From: Lingula anatina
Lineage: Eukaryota; Animalia; Brachiopoda
Direction of reading: 5' to 3'
DNA length: 64,000 nt
Assembly (NCBI GenBank): GCA_051362555.1
Contig: CM120640.1
Span: 48,710,788-48,774,787 of the forward strand
The notes under the pieces are model-generated. The model ran no database searches. It was not told the origin of the DNA and was given only the letters and a program-made list of their open reading frames with translations. This document shows, one piece after another, positions 26,348 to 37,700 of the stretch (position 1 is the first letter of the stretch; every line of letters begins with the position of its first letter). Position numbers and translations under genes: made by a program.

Positions 26348-26762
26348 ATGGATGTGGATTGTAGAATGCCCGAAGCTGGAATTGCTAAAGCTATACAGGA
26401 ACTTAATGCAACGTCTGCGGTTTCCACTTTTGATAATCTAACAAATGAAACTGAGACGTGGAATGAAGATTTTTTCAATATTAGCACCAACATTTCCAGG
26501 GTGGTTCCAGAAGTTCCAAAGTACATTCTAATTACTGCAACGTCTTTTTACATAATTATGTTCTTGCTTGGACTAACTGGCAATATGCTGGTTGTGTATG
26601 TTGTGCTGAGGAACCGGGATATGCACAGTTCAACACATTTGTTTTTGGTGAATCTCAGCCTTGCTGATCTTTTGGTGTTGGTTATTTGCATGCCGACAGC
26701 TTTGATTGACTTACATGCAAAAGACGTGTGGTTATTGGGAGAAGGTTTATGTAAGTACTCTT

Positions 26763-26801
<39 letters not shown>

Positions 26802-29800
26802 TAATTATCGTTTCAGGGGAACATATGGATTCTGGCGGTAGCTTTTAAAGGGCTCAGATGTTATTTTCTTGTTCTGTTAAGATACATTAGCCTCAGTATA
26901 CTTAACGTGTGTGCAATCGTCTTATATTAGCAAGTGCCAATTTAGTTAATAAGTAGTAACTCTTCTGGGCATTTGTTACATTTTTCTCCCTTAAGCCTCG
27001 TTATATTAAGTAAACTTAAAGGGATAATAACTCTTCGTTTCGGTCAAAAAATGAATTTTCCTGGAGTAAACAATAATTTTCCCATACTTACCAATTGTTA
27101 ATGAATCCATTTTTACATTTAAAGTTAGTCCCTGGTTTTTTTCTAAAAAGTTTGGTTTTTTGTTAAAATCTCTTAAGAGATTTTACAGAGTATAACCATC
27201 AATGGAGGTCACGTGGTCTAAAGACAAGCTAAGATATCAGAATAATAGCTATAACTGCCGTTTTTGTGGTAAAACAGAATATATTATATTTCTTTGAGTT
27301 ATTCACAATGTTTTTATTGTGAAATATATATCTCATACGAAGAGTTATTATCCCTTTAACATTATCAACATGCGGTGATGTGGTGAGGATTGGTGTCGTT
27401 TGATAACATTGGTATCTAAATGATACAGAAGTCAAAGTGAGATAATACACCGCTGATAGACTGAGTGTTATCATTACTTTTTTTGCCTAGAGCGACTAAG
27501 AAACACAAACCATACACATCTCAATTCTCTGGTTTATCCTTTCCAATCACTTTGATTGTTGCAACAAGAAAGTCTAAAAATTGGGAGTGTCCTACTTACA
27601 AACTATAGAAAAATGGAAACCGACAGAGAAAACACGCGTTGGTGATGTTCTGAGAGTAATTTGAATCACCTCCAAGATATTTTATTGTGAAAGGAGAAAA
27701 ACTTATTAGTAGGTAGTCAAATTTATATATGTCTTACCCGAGATGCAAATCCAGACGGATTGCCATTCCGCCTTAGTGAGATGCAAGATGGGATTTTACA
27801 TATTCAATAAGTGATTTCGAACACCGAATTTAATGACTTGAACCGCAGTCAACGCATTGCTAACTTTGACCCGCACCTCAACCCCTCGTCCCCCAAATCC
27901 TTTTAATCCACAACAAAATGTCAAAAGAATTTAATCAAAAAGCTGATTTGTTGATTAAGAAAATAATAACACCAGGCCAAAAAGGACATTCATGATTACC
28001 CCTCCCCAAACGCCGCTATTACGTTACCAAGATGATCCAGTAAGAAGAGTATAATTTCATGATATAAAATATCAACTATAGGTAAACTATATTGTATTGT
28101 TTTTAAAATTTTTGAAGAAAATCAATACGCCAAGTTACAAAGCGGAGCTTTTACATCAGTTTGAACCACAAAGGGAAACTAGAAAATGTATTTAATGGAA
28201 TTAACCATACTAAAAATATTGTTACGGCTATTGGTAGCAGAGAATTTGTATGTAATTTTAAATCACCATACATACTTACAGTAACGCTAAAATTACTTTT
28301 GAACGAAAAAACAAGAATATCGATTTATATCTTAATGGTTACAAAATCAAGAGTTATGCCTTCTGTTCTTGTAATTTAACATTGTCAACGTTTATTGCGA
28401 AGCATACAATTGACATCGAAGTCAGTATATTTAGTTTTAACAGTTTGAATCCCATAACACTTTTCCGCATCCTGTGTCTTATCAGGCCTTGCAATGTACC
28501 GGTATACTCGACATCGCTATCAAGGCGTTTTAGCATCACTTCCCATTGAAAATTCATTGTTTATTGTTGACTTAAAATGCATTGTAGCCTCCAATCTGGA
28601 TATTGTCTTTCAGAGACGGAAAAGTTTAAAAGAACCAATGCGTACTGAATAAAGGTTAAAGCAATTATTTCTTACCGAACTTAAAAAAGGAAAATCAAGT
28701 AGAGTTTTTCACACTTCAACTTCGTTATATTTTAATTTCAGTAACATTCAACGGGGTGCTCTTCAAGCAAAGGTTAAAATTGTGTCATGTCCCACAAGAC
28801 CAATTTAGTCAACTTCAATCCACTTCTAGCACAGTTTTTTTTTACATAGCTTTAGCTTAATTTCCCAGTTTTAGGACGGCGTTGAATGGAACCTATGTGT
28901 CTGATTAATGAATAACTCAAAATGCATTACGTTGCTTTTTTTGTTAACGTTTGGTTGATGCTGAATAAAAAACCACATTTACGTAAGTTGTGCGTGATAT
29001 CAGGTAGAGGTTCACCAATATACATGGGAAAAATATCTTTATCGGGAAATGAGTTCGTTTAATCTATAGAAACTAATGCACGACTAGGTGTGCTGTTTCA
29101 CGTAGGTGCTAATGCTTGTTTACCACATTAAAAAAGAACAAGCACGATTCTGCAAAAGGTATAGCTGGACCTGCCGACTCAAACACGGGAAAATGCCCAT
29201 CAAAGTTCTGCATAAGCACTTGTCGATGGCGTCCTGCATCCTGAGCACAATGTCGGGAATTGTAATTCCGCGGGGGGTTGTATTCTCACAACACAAGATA
29301 CGCGTGATACCGACGATACGCACATTTTATTACCATCAAACTGTTTGACGAGATATGTTTGGGTTCTTAATGTCCGTTGCAAAATGGCTGAAAGTTGGGT
29401 AAATAGCTATAGATTTCTTGACAATACGGTTATGGTCCATTTGCGTTGCAAACTTAATTTGAGGAAATATTTTGTATACAACTGTACCAATGTTTCTCCA
29501 TCGTAAATGGAGATGGATACATATAGTAATTCTTGCAACAATACTACAATTACTAAGCATTTTGTTTAAAAAAACTACCATTTATACCAAGGTTTACTTT
29601 TTTTATTTCAATGCTTTTAGAGTTTGTGCAACAGTGCATGAACATAAATTTGGTGCATGTTTTTTCTACAAATTTGTTATACCATTTGAGTGATCTTTTT
29701 ATCTTAGACCGTCTGAATTTCTATCTAAGTAACAAGTTCCACAGGTACATGTACGGCCCAACACACACGGAACATGAATACATACATCACCACCATCATC

Positions 29801-30939
29801 ATCATCATCAAGGGTATGGAGTTCAATAATCGCGTAACATTTTGATCACACGGTCAGGGTTAAAGGGGTTTGAAAACAAGAAAACTTTTCGGTCTGGTCA
29901 TTTTTGGCCCAGTTTACAGAGAGCAGGGTAAAATTTCATTACAAGAAGATCTTTAAATTTGAATTTGGAACTTAAACAAGAGGTCAGACGAAGCATAATC
30001 TGTTTTATTTATTTACTCTTTTTTGTCAGGACGGTTTCCATACATTTTTGTATTATTGGTATGTTTTCAGGTAAACTTGTACCTTTCTTGGAGAACTGTA
30101 CAGCACTGACCTCCACCCTGACCATCCTGACGGTCAGCTTTGATCGTTACTACGGAATATGCCAGCCACTGCGAGCCAGAACGGTGAAAATGTTACGAAG
30201 ATCTCATGTATGTATCCTGGTCACGATCATATGGATAGTCGCCATTGCCATATGTATTCCTTTCACATTGATTCCAGTCTACAGAAACTCTAAGTTCAAG
30301 GATGGAACCCCCATAAAAGTCTGCAGAAATACTATCAAAGATAGCTGGAAGACTGGTTATATTATATTTGTATTTTGTTTCTTTTTTGTTGTGCCCTTTT
30401 TCATTCTGGTCGTCATTTATAGCATAATAACTAGACAGTTGAGTAGGGAATCGTTTCAGTTACGAGGACAGCACGAACAGGCGGCACGAGTTCGTCTGCG
30501 CACTAGAAAACAAGTCATAACTATGCTAATTGTCATAGTCTTCTTATTCTTTTTATTTCACTTGCCTATTCGTGTTGTCAGTCTTTGGGTTGTGTACGCA
30601 TCAAAAGAGGAAATGGAAGCTCTTGGGTTAGAGGGATATTACAACTTACTTGCATTTGCAAGAATAATGTTCTATTTACATTGTGCGACAAATCCTATCG
30701 TTTACAATGTGGTGTCCACAAAATTTAGAATGGCAACTGCAAAGGTATTCTGCAGTAGGCAACAGCTGGAACTATCGCAAAAACGGTCTTCTTATTCCAG
30801 GCAGTTTTCGCGGTCGTTATCGAATAGAAGCAACAAAAGTGATTCGAGCTGTGTCACGGATCGCATGTCAATAAGGACAAGATCAACATCTGACTATGTC
30901 ATGTACAAGAGGAATGAACATCGAGTAGAATTGACTTAA
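26348..30939 (+). CDS. ETHR: Class A neuropeptide GPCR, ecdysis-triggering hormone receptor-like (ETHR/TRHR clade), 423 aa, 2 coding exons
   Basis: Exon 1 is 26348-26750 (TTAT|gtaagt) and exon 2 is 30071-30939 (ttttcag|GT), joined in phase 1 to give C-KLVPFLE. Motifs: GN, DMHSSTHLFLVNLSLADLLVL, W.LG...CK.VPF.E, SFDRYYGICQPL, RKQVITML, LGLEGYYNLL.F.RIMFYL...NPIVYNVVSTKFR. From memory these closely match insect ETHR-A signatures. Confidence 0.85.
26766..26798. repeat. (CT)n microsatellite just after the GPCR splice donor
   Basis: Direct reading. It gives the SLSLSL tail of ORF 26348..26848, which is intron read-through. Confidence 0.9.
27020..27355. mobile_element. Kolobok-like MITE in the GPCR intron
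   Basis: TTAA|AGGGATAATAACTCTTCGT ... ACGAAGAGTTATTATCCCT|TTAA. Perfect 19-bp TIR with AG termini. Confidence 0.85.
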
Positions 30940-31002
30940 TTACTTATACTTACTAACGCCGAAGTTGGTAATAGTGTCAGAAAATCAGTTTTAATCCAAT
31001 AC

Positions 31003-31897
31003 TACGGAGCTTTGTTAGTATCATATTAACTTTTCTTATTTTCATTTAAGTTTTATTATACGGAATTTTCACCGCGGTGAAAATTATTTTTACCGCGGTG
31101 AAAATTAATTTACACCGCGGTGGGAATTAATTTTCACCGCGAGGGAAAATAATTTTCACCGCGGTGGTAATTCCTGGCCATCTTGGCCCGGGTGATGCAT
31201 ACATGTAGGTTATACGAATCCAAAAATTACCAGATGTCTGGGAAGGAAGTTGATAAAGACACTCACATGCACATGCATGCGGTTTAACCAGTCTATGTGC
31301 CAATCATCCCAGGAATGTGGAGGAAGCGGGCAGTATTCGCATAGATAAAAAATCACCGAAATGCTGCAATGTTGTACGTCGCTTTTCCCTTTATAATAAC
31401 GCGTATTATTGGGAATATTGGTAGAAAGAAACCTCTCCAAGGAAACCGAGATTACATCTATTAAGATAAGATGTATGGACAAATACATCACACAAATATT
31501 TAAAAATACATTGTCCAAAATTAACGTTAAGTATTTAGTAATAACAATGGGATTCCCTTTGCATAAAACTGCAAGCGGGACTTTGATTATATAGGTGGTA
31601 AATATAGATGGGAAACCTAAGTTAACGGCAGTGGCCCCACGAACAGATCCACCAGCCTTGTGTATGTACAATAGTATGCACCGTGACGGCATCTGGCAAA
31701 TGTAAGGTTCTCATTACCTATTCATCACCCGGGCCGAGATGGCCAGGAATTACCACCGCGGTGAAAATTATTTTCCACCGCGGTGTAAATTATTTTCCAC
31801 CGCGGTGTAAATCATTTTCACCGCGGTGAAAATTCCATAAAATGAAACTTAAATGAAAATAGAAAAAAAGTTAATATGATACTAACAAAGCTCCGTA
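31003..31897. mobile_element. Foldback DNA element with about 190-bp TIRs containing 21-22-bp CCGCGGTG subrepeats, and a 6-bp TSD
   Basis: TACGGAGCTTTGTTAGTATCATATTAACTTTT... pairs with ...AAAAGTTAATATGATACTAACAAAGCTCCGTA. CAATAC is duplicated at 30997-31002 and 31898-31903. Confidence 0.9.
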
Positions 31898-32142
31898 CAA
31901 TACAATCTGATAAACGCGGCGTCTGACCAGATCTTATATATTTCATTTTACGTAAATGTATTGAATGTGACTAATTATGATTCTGTACTACATGTGTGTA
32001 AGTTAACTGCCAACTATTCATTACTTTGTGCGTGAAATGTTGGATGAACAATTTGTCAGCGAAATATAGCAGATACTTTGGTTACAAAGAGACGATTTCT
32101 TATTAAATTCAGACATAAGAACGGAACGATAACAAGATTTAG

Positions 32143-32357
32143 ACCCCCTTACACTGGACGGCGGCCTTTCTGTGTCCCGTAGTACGACCATTTGAGAGTA
32201 AAAAAAAAAAACAAAAAAGTGCCGACAACTGGCCCATCATTATAAGCATTCATTCTGCAACCAAAGCGATGCCTGTGCCTCATTTCTACAACCACAGCGA
32301 TGCCAGTTTCATGGTCGGACAAAGGACGCAGAAGGGACGCCGTTCAGTGTAAAGGGT
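32143..32357. mobile_element. Decayed Harbinger-like MITE
   Basis: ACCCC.TTACACTGGACGGCGGCCTTTCTGTGTCC pairs with GGACGCAGAAGGGACGCCGTTCAGTGTAAAGGGT. The TSD is not clear. Confidence 0.65.
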
Positions 32358-34087
32358 ATTTTTCTAGTTAACTTTGTTTTGGTAGTTCAAGTTGTTTTTT
32401 GTTCATTTACCTCACTTTTATTGGCACCTTTTACTAATACCAAGCAAGTAGTTTTATCAGGTGAATATCTGTGCGGAACATTGGTTCCTTAATCTCATCG
32501 TAAAATCTGCCTGTGTATGCAAGATACACTCCACGTTTGGGTCTTTGGTTTTCAATATCCGCCGTGAAATAAACCTAATTTTCAAATTGATTGTTATCAA
32601 TATGATCTAGAAAATATGCAAGATGTTTAATCATGTACCTACCCATATCAATTTTCTATAGGATACAGGCTATATGATCCAGCATCCTAGGATAAAATAG
32701 ATCTACAATTTTTCTAGAGGCCCCATTAACAGATAACAGCAGAAGATAACAGCAGCTTGGCAGGATCACTATTGCATTAGAAGTGATATCCTGTATGTGC
32801 TCAGCGTTTTCTTCTCGTGCTTCGTTTGCTATTGCACTATAATGCAATTTGATTTACCCACAAATGCCCCACTTAAGGACACTTTAAGTTAAGAAAACGT
32901 TTGCGTAAAAACTACTCTTTTCCACAAACGTGGCCTACAGATTTTTTGTACGCGTTCTATAGAATGTTCCACCAATTTTCATATTGATCTGGTTCACTGA
33001 CGAGTCCATTTTTTTAATTTAAGACCAGAGGATGTGGGACATTATTCTTTGATGTTATTTTGTCACAATTGGGTGCGCTATATCTTATCGATAAAGGAAG
33101 ACCATTCAGGCCTTTAGATTAAATGAATAATTCAATCATTGGAAAAGATCGATTTAATAGTAATCTGGCTTTACATGAAACTGCATTTGCTTCTTTTTGC
33201 TGCCGTGATCTGCTATCTTTGCATTTCAATAGGTTTTGAAGACTTCATGCACTTAAACTGGCATTTCATTTCCACGTCACAGACGGAAAATTTGCACACA
33301 TTTCAACTCAATCGAGATTCCTCATATGAAAACAGATCAAACGCTCAGCGTGCCCCTATCTTTATACACTTTACATCGTACGTTTGTTAACTCGTTTCCC
33401 ATGGTTCATTTAGTATAATACTTAATATTGTTTATGTACTCAATTTTCCTGTGGCTTTGGATTCGCATGCTCTCCATTCAATTATTGGTGTTGTTTGTGT
33501 TCTCCTGCACATATCTGTATAAAGTAACGTGTTTTACTTATTTTTTCATAATAAATATTTTGAGCAGTCATCTTGCCTCTACTTTTTGGTCTTTTCATTT
33601 CTGGTATGCAGACACTGGCAAGTGAAGTAAAATATACATAACTACTGTATGAGTTACTATTTTTATTTTGGATGTAGCGCAAATTTTAATTAGCAAATAT
33701 TAAATTGAGCTTAAATGGGGCTCTACACCCTTCGTAAGATAATTATTGGGTGGTATATAATTCATAAAAATGTCCGTCTGTGAAACAAGAACAAGACCAT
33801 AACCTTTTTTGCAACTTATGAAATTGATACACATCTTAAATGATCGAATCTTAATTCCCAATAGAAAAAAATACTTTTCAAAAGAATATATCTATCATTG
33901 CAAAATCAATTATTGGATGAAAATTTAAAGTAACCCATACCCCATGTATATTACGAACCTAAAGCTGTAAGTTTATCCCCTAAATGTTAATAAGCATAAC
34001 TCGATAAGGCATAGCCTTCATCACGTTAATAACAAACTACAAGACTGACATTCTCTTATCAAAAGTTATGGTCACCGTCGCTCTGTA

Positions 34088-34720
34088 TTACTGGAATACG
34101 ACAAGGAACTCGGGGTAAGCCTGTGTATCGGAGAATATCACGAACATGGTTGGAGCGGATGGATTGTCAACAACTGAATCGTAGAGACTGTGCTTGTCAT
34201 TTGGATCCTTCTGTGGAGGGACGATTAGGCCCTGTTTACCTTGTACATATTCTCCAGTAAGCACGCGGCACAGATACAGGTGCTTATAGCCATTGGCATT
34301 TGGCCGAGCGTAGGTATTTTGGGCGCTGTAAGATGCATTCACCGCAAAGTACACGCCATTTCCAAGGACAGTTGCTGAAATTAAAAATACATGTTGTTTA
34401 TCATGTACATTCAATGTCGTACGAGAGAGAGAGAGTTTTAGAGAGAGAGTTTTACTGAAAATTATAACAGGCACATCTATTAAGTTCATTCGTTTTTTTT
34501 CATTATTGTCGTCTAATTAATGGGATCTTTATCTGAAATTACCGTTTTTCCCACAATAACTTCGGTTGAAGCCATATTTATTAATACTAGGGAGGGTATC
34601 TTCACTGGTGCCGTGCCACAACACACGTTCTACAATAGTCCCCGCCTTGGCTGTTGCTTCCATGTGAGCTTTCTGAACGGAATATTTCTGGAACATACTT
34701 GGATTTTGAATCCGCTGAAC
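34088..34720 (-). CDS. PARP14: PARP catalytic domain exons (34720-34543, 34374-34088)
   Basis: VQRIQNP...LWHGTS...[27 protein letters not shown]...YDSVVDNPSAPTMFVIFSDTQAYPEFLVVFQ*. Confidence 0.95.
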
Positions 34721-37700
34721 CTAAGAAATATGAATAAACGTCGATACAAACAAAATTACCAATGGGACTATAATCATTTCCTGAAGAGTGGGTAAAATGA
34801 CATTTTCTTTATCATTTCTACTTTTTCCTAAACCACACTCTCTGATATCCTTATTATTTCTTTTTCTCATCGACTTGGTTATGAAACATCGGAAAGATGG
34901 ACGTACTACGAAAGAAAAAAACACGTGTTGATTTATTTTACCTTAATTATTTGATTAAGGGCTCTTCCTATTGTTTGTCTCAACAGCTGATCCACGCTTA
35001 TGTACTCTTGGTCGGAAGGCTTTAAGTCTACACAGATATATGAGGTGTCTTTAGGCACTGTGGTCCACGTGGAGGGCAAATCAATCTCTCCTGGGAAACG
35101 AAGCAGATCAGTCACAACATATCTATGTAATGAATACACGAATTAAAACGTCTACTATACAATCATTTATCTACAATATGCTCCACTCCACTGACTTTTA
35201 AGTTTAAAAGTATCAGGTTGGATTTTAACGTGAAAAAGTACAATCTTACAGATAATAATCTAAATCTCTGTAATACAATTTGTAAAATGCAATCAGAAAA
35301 AAATTACCCACTTTTTGTGAAGTCCAGTCGCTTGACATCAGTTTCCATTTTGTCCGCCAGGCAAATTTCTTTCATCCTTGAAAAATCAATTTGACACTTA
35401 TCGTTATTTTCATCGATGAAATTGACAAAAGTTTTTCCAGAAGAGTGAGCATCCTCGATTGCTGCATTAATATTATCCGGATAAGGTTGAAAACTTTCTT
35501 TGCCGTTGTCATCAACATCTAGGTAGCACCACTGAACAGTCTTGGCAAGCATTGCTGCCTGTCTCTTTTTGCTATCTGCGAGAAGTACTTGTCGAAACAC
35601 GCTGTTAATGTCCTCCGTTACTGCGATAATGTCCTCTGAACTACCTTGGATGCGGATGCGTTTCAGGCGTGCCTTCAGTTCTACCGTGATCTTAACGTCA
35701 TATTTTCTTTCTAGGGATTTAATTTCCTCAACCTAAGTTGTATAAAAAAGTATCTAAATAAACCAAATAATTAATTTATAAAATATAACTAAGCGAGTTA
35801 TCAAATCATATATAAATGCCCCGTGCGGCTGATATCAGCGCAGTGAAATCACACAATATGTTTATTCTAATCAAAATTAGGGGTTTTGGGTGGAATTCCC
35901 TTAGTATGTAAGAGATAATGCACTACCACTCGGCATTCTATTCATCATACATCGGGCTTGCGGGCAGTGCATTATTTCCTGCATAATATTTTGCTTTAAA
36001 CCACCAGGTGTGTGTGAACAGCAAGAAATGCCATTAAATGGTACAATGATGCTCAACATTAACTATTCAGCAAAAGATGTATCTTCTGGGAACGTTACTT
36101 TGGAGCTCATTAGCGGTATTAATAACGAGTAATGGACACACCAGGCATAATATCGCTACGATGGTGTGAATGGGAACTATGTCCCACAAAACAATGTTGA
36201 CTAATGTTAAAGTAATAGAGGTGATGAGCGGCCATGTAATTCTACAGCATAATACACTATGCCGGGAAAGTTTTAAAGTTTGTATACACGTTTGCCGTGA
36301 TATCATTCACAGCATAATCTGGAGTACAGAATCAAGAAAATGACAAAACTTACGTCTTCTTCAGCGAGTAGTTCCAACGCCGGCTCATAATTTGGCCCCT
36401 GAAGCACCTTATCTTTGGACTCAGATTCACATAACTCATCGATTTTTTTTATAGCATTATCAATGTTGTCTTTCTTGTCCGCATAAACTGTGAGAATAAG
36501 AGACGCGGGTTCTCTAGCTGTGCTTTTAGTTCTGGCTCCATTACTGGAACTGCCAAAGGGGGACCAAAAACTGACGGTGTCTAAAAGAGTTGAATAACAG
36601 CTTTCCTAAGATTCACCCATGCTTTCATTATACAGCTATGAATAAATCAATAGTTAAATATTTCATTCAATTTATATTTACTTGATGAAAAGTTATTAAA
36701 ATATGAAGGAAGATATGCACAAGTGTACTAGGATATGTACAAGTTTACAAACAACTTGGTACAGGGTATGAACTGTGCTTTTCACCTGATATGTAATCGG
36801 TAAAAGTCCGATAGATCCCCTTACTCTTGTCCACAACTCTTTTGGCCATTTCGTTATGAAATACATCCACCATGCTCGCCTGGAATATGGTTATTCTTAC
36901 AAGGAGTAGGTTTTGGGATTTCCGCCCTTTGTCAAAGTCAGCTATGGCATCCAGCATGCCTTTTGCCACGTCTTTTGGGTCACAACCTGCGCCTGAGCAT
37001 GTAAAAAAGGTCTTTTAAAATCTAAATAACTCATGTTAAAGATAGAACACTTCTATGCATTTAAGCAGTACTGTCGATTGATATATGTAATAAGTAGCAA
37101 ATATATATCTGAATCAACAAAACAAATAATCGAAAAAAAAAAAACATGGCGCGTTTCTCAAAAAGTTACATCGAAAAATTAAAAAAAAACAAAAAACATT
37201 AAGAAGGTATTTTTTTCAATGTGACAATATTTCAGTGAGTTTTTCTGTATACTTTGTAAAATAATCCAATAACACGACCAGTCCTACTAAACTGCCAACC
37301 TAACTGGCATACGCACCTGTTCCAAGAGCCGGGAAGCAAATAGATGCCATTTTCATATCCTCTGCCCTCTCGAGACACTTAGTAACCGCTTTCTTCCAAT
37401 TAGGATTGCCAAAAAGCTGTACTGGCATGACCAAATGTATTATACACTTTGAAGGAAGGTCACCAGCAGTAGTGACAGCAATTCCTGACTTGGGGCGTTC
37501 TACATACGAAAAGAAAAATCATTTAATAAAAAATAACATGCATGAACAATATAGGAGGGGCATTTACAATGACGTGTGATTTTTTTCAACAATTGAAGGT
37601 TCATGAATTTTGAAATTTTTGTCCATTGAACGACTTACTCTGTCCAGCACACTCTTGAACAATACTGCGTCCACCCTTTTTTATAATGGCGTTCGAAACA

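Noticed and set aside
31210-31692. 160-aa ORF in the foldback spacer as a possible transposase
   Set aside because: No catalytic or DNA-binding motif is recognisable.
35765-35990. Possible Crypton-like non-autonomous relic (ATAATGCACT...AGTGCATTAT inverted pair)
   Set aside because: Too short and degenerate to define its ends.
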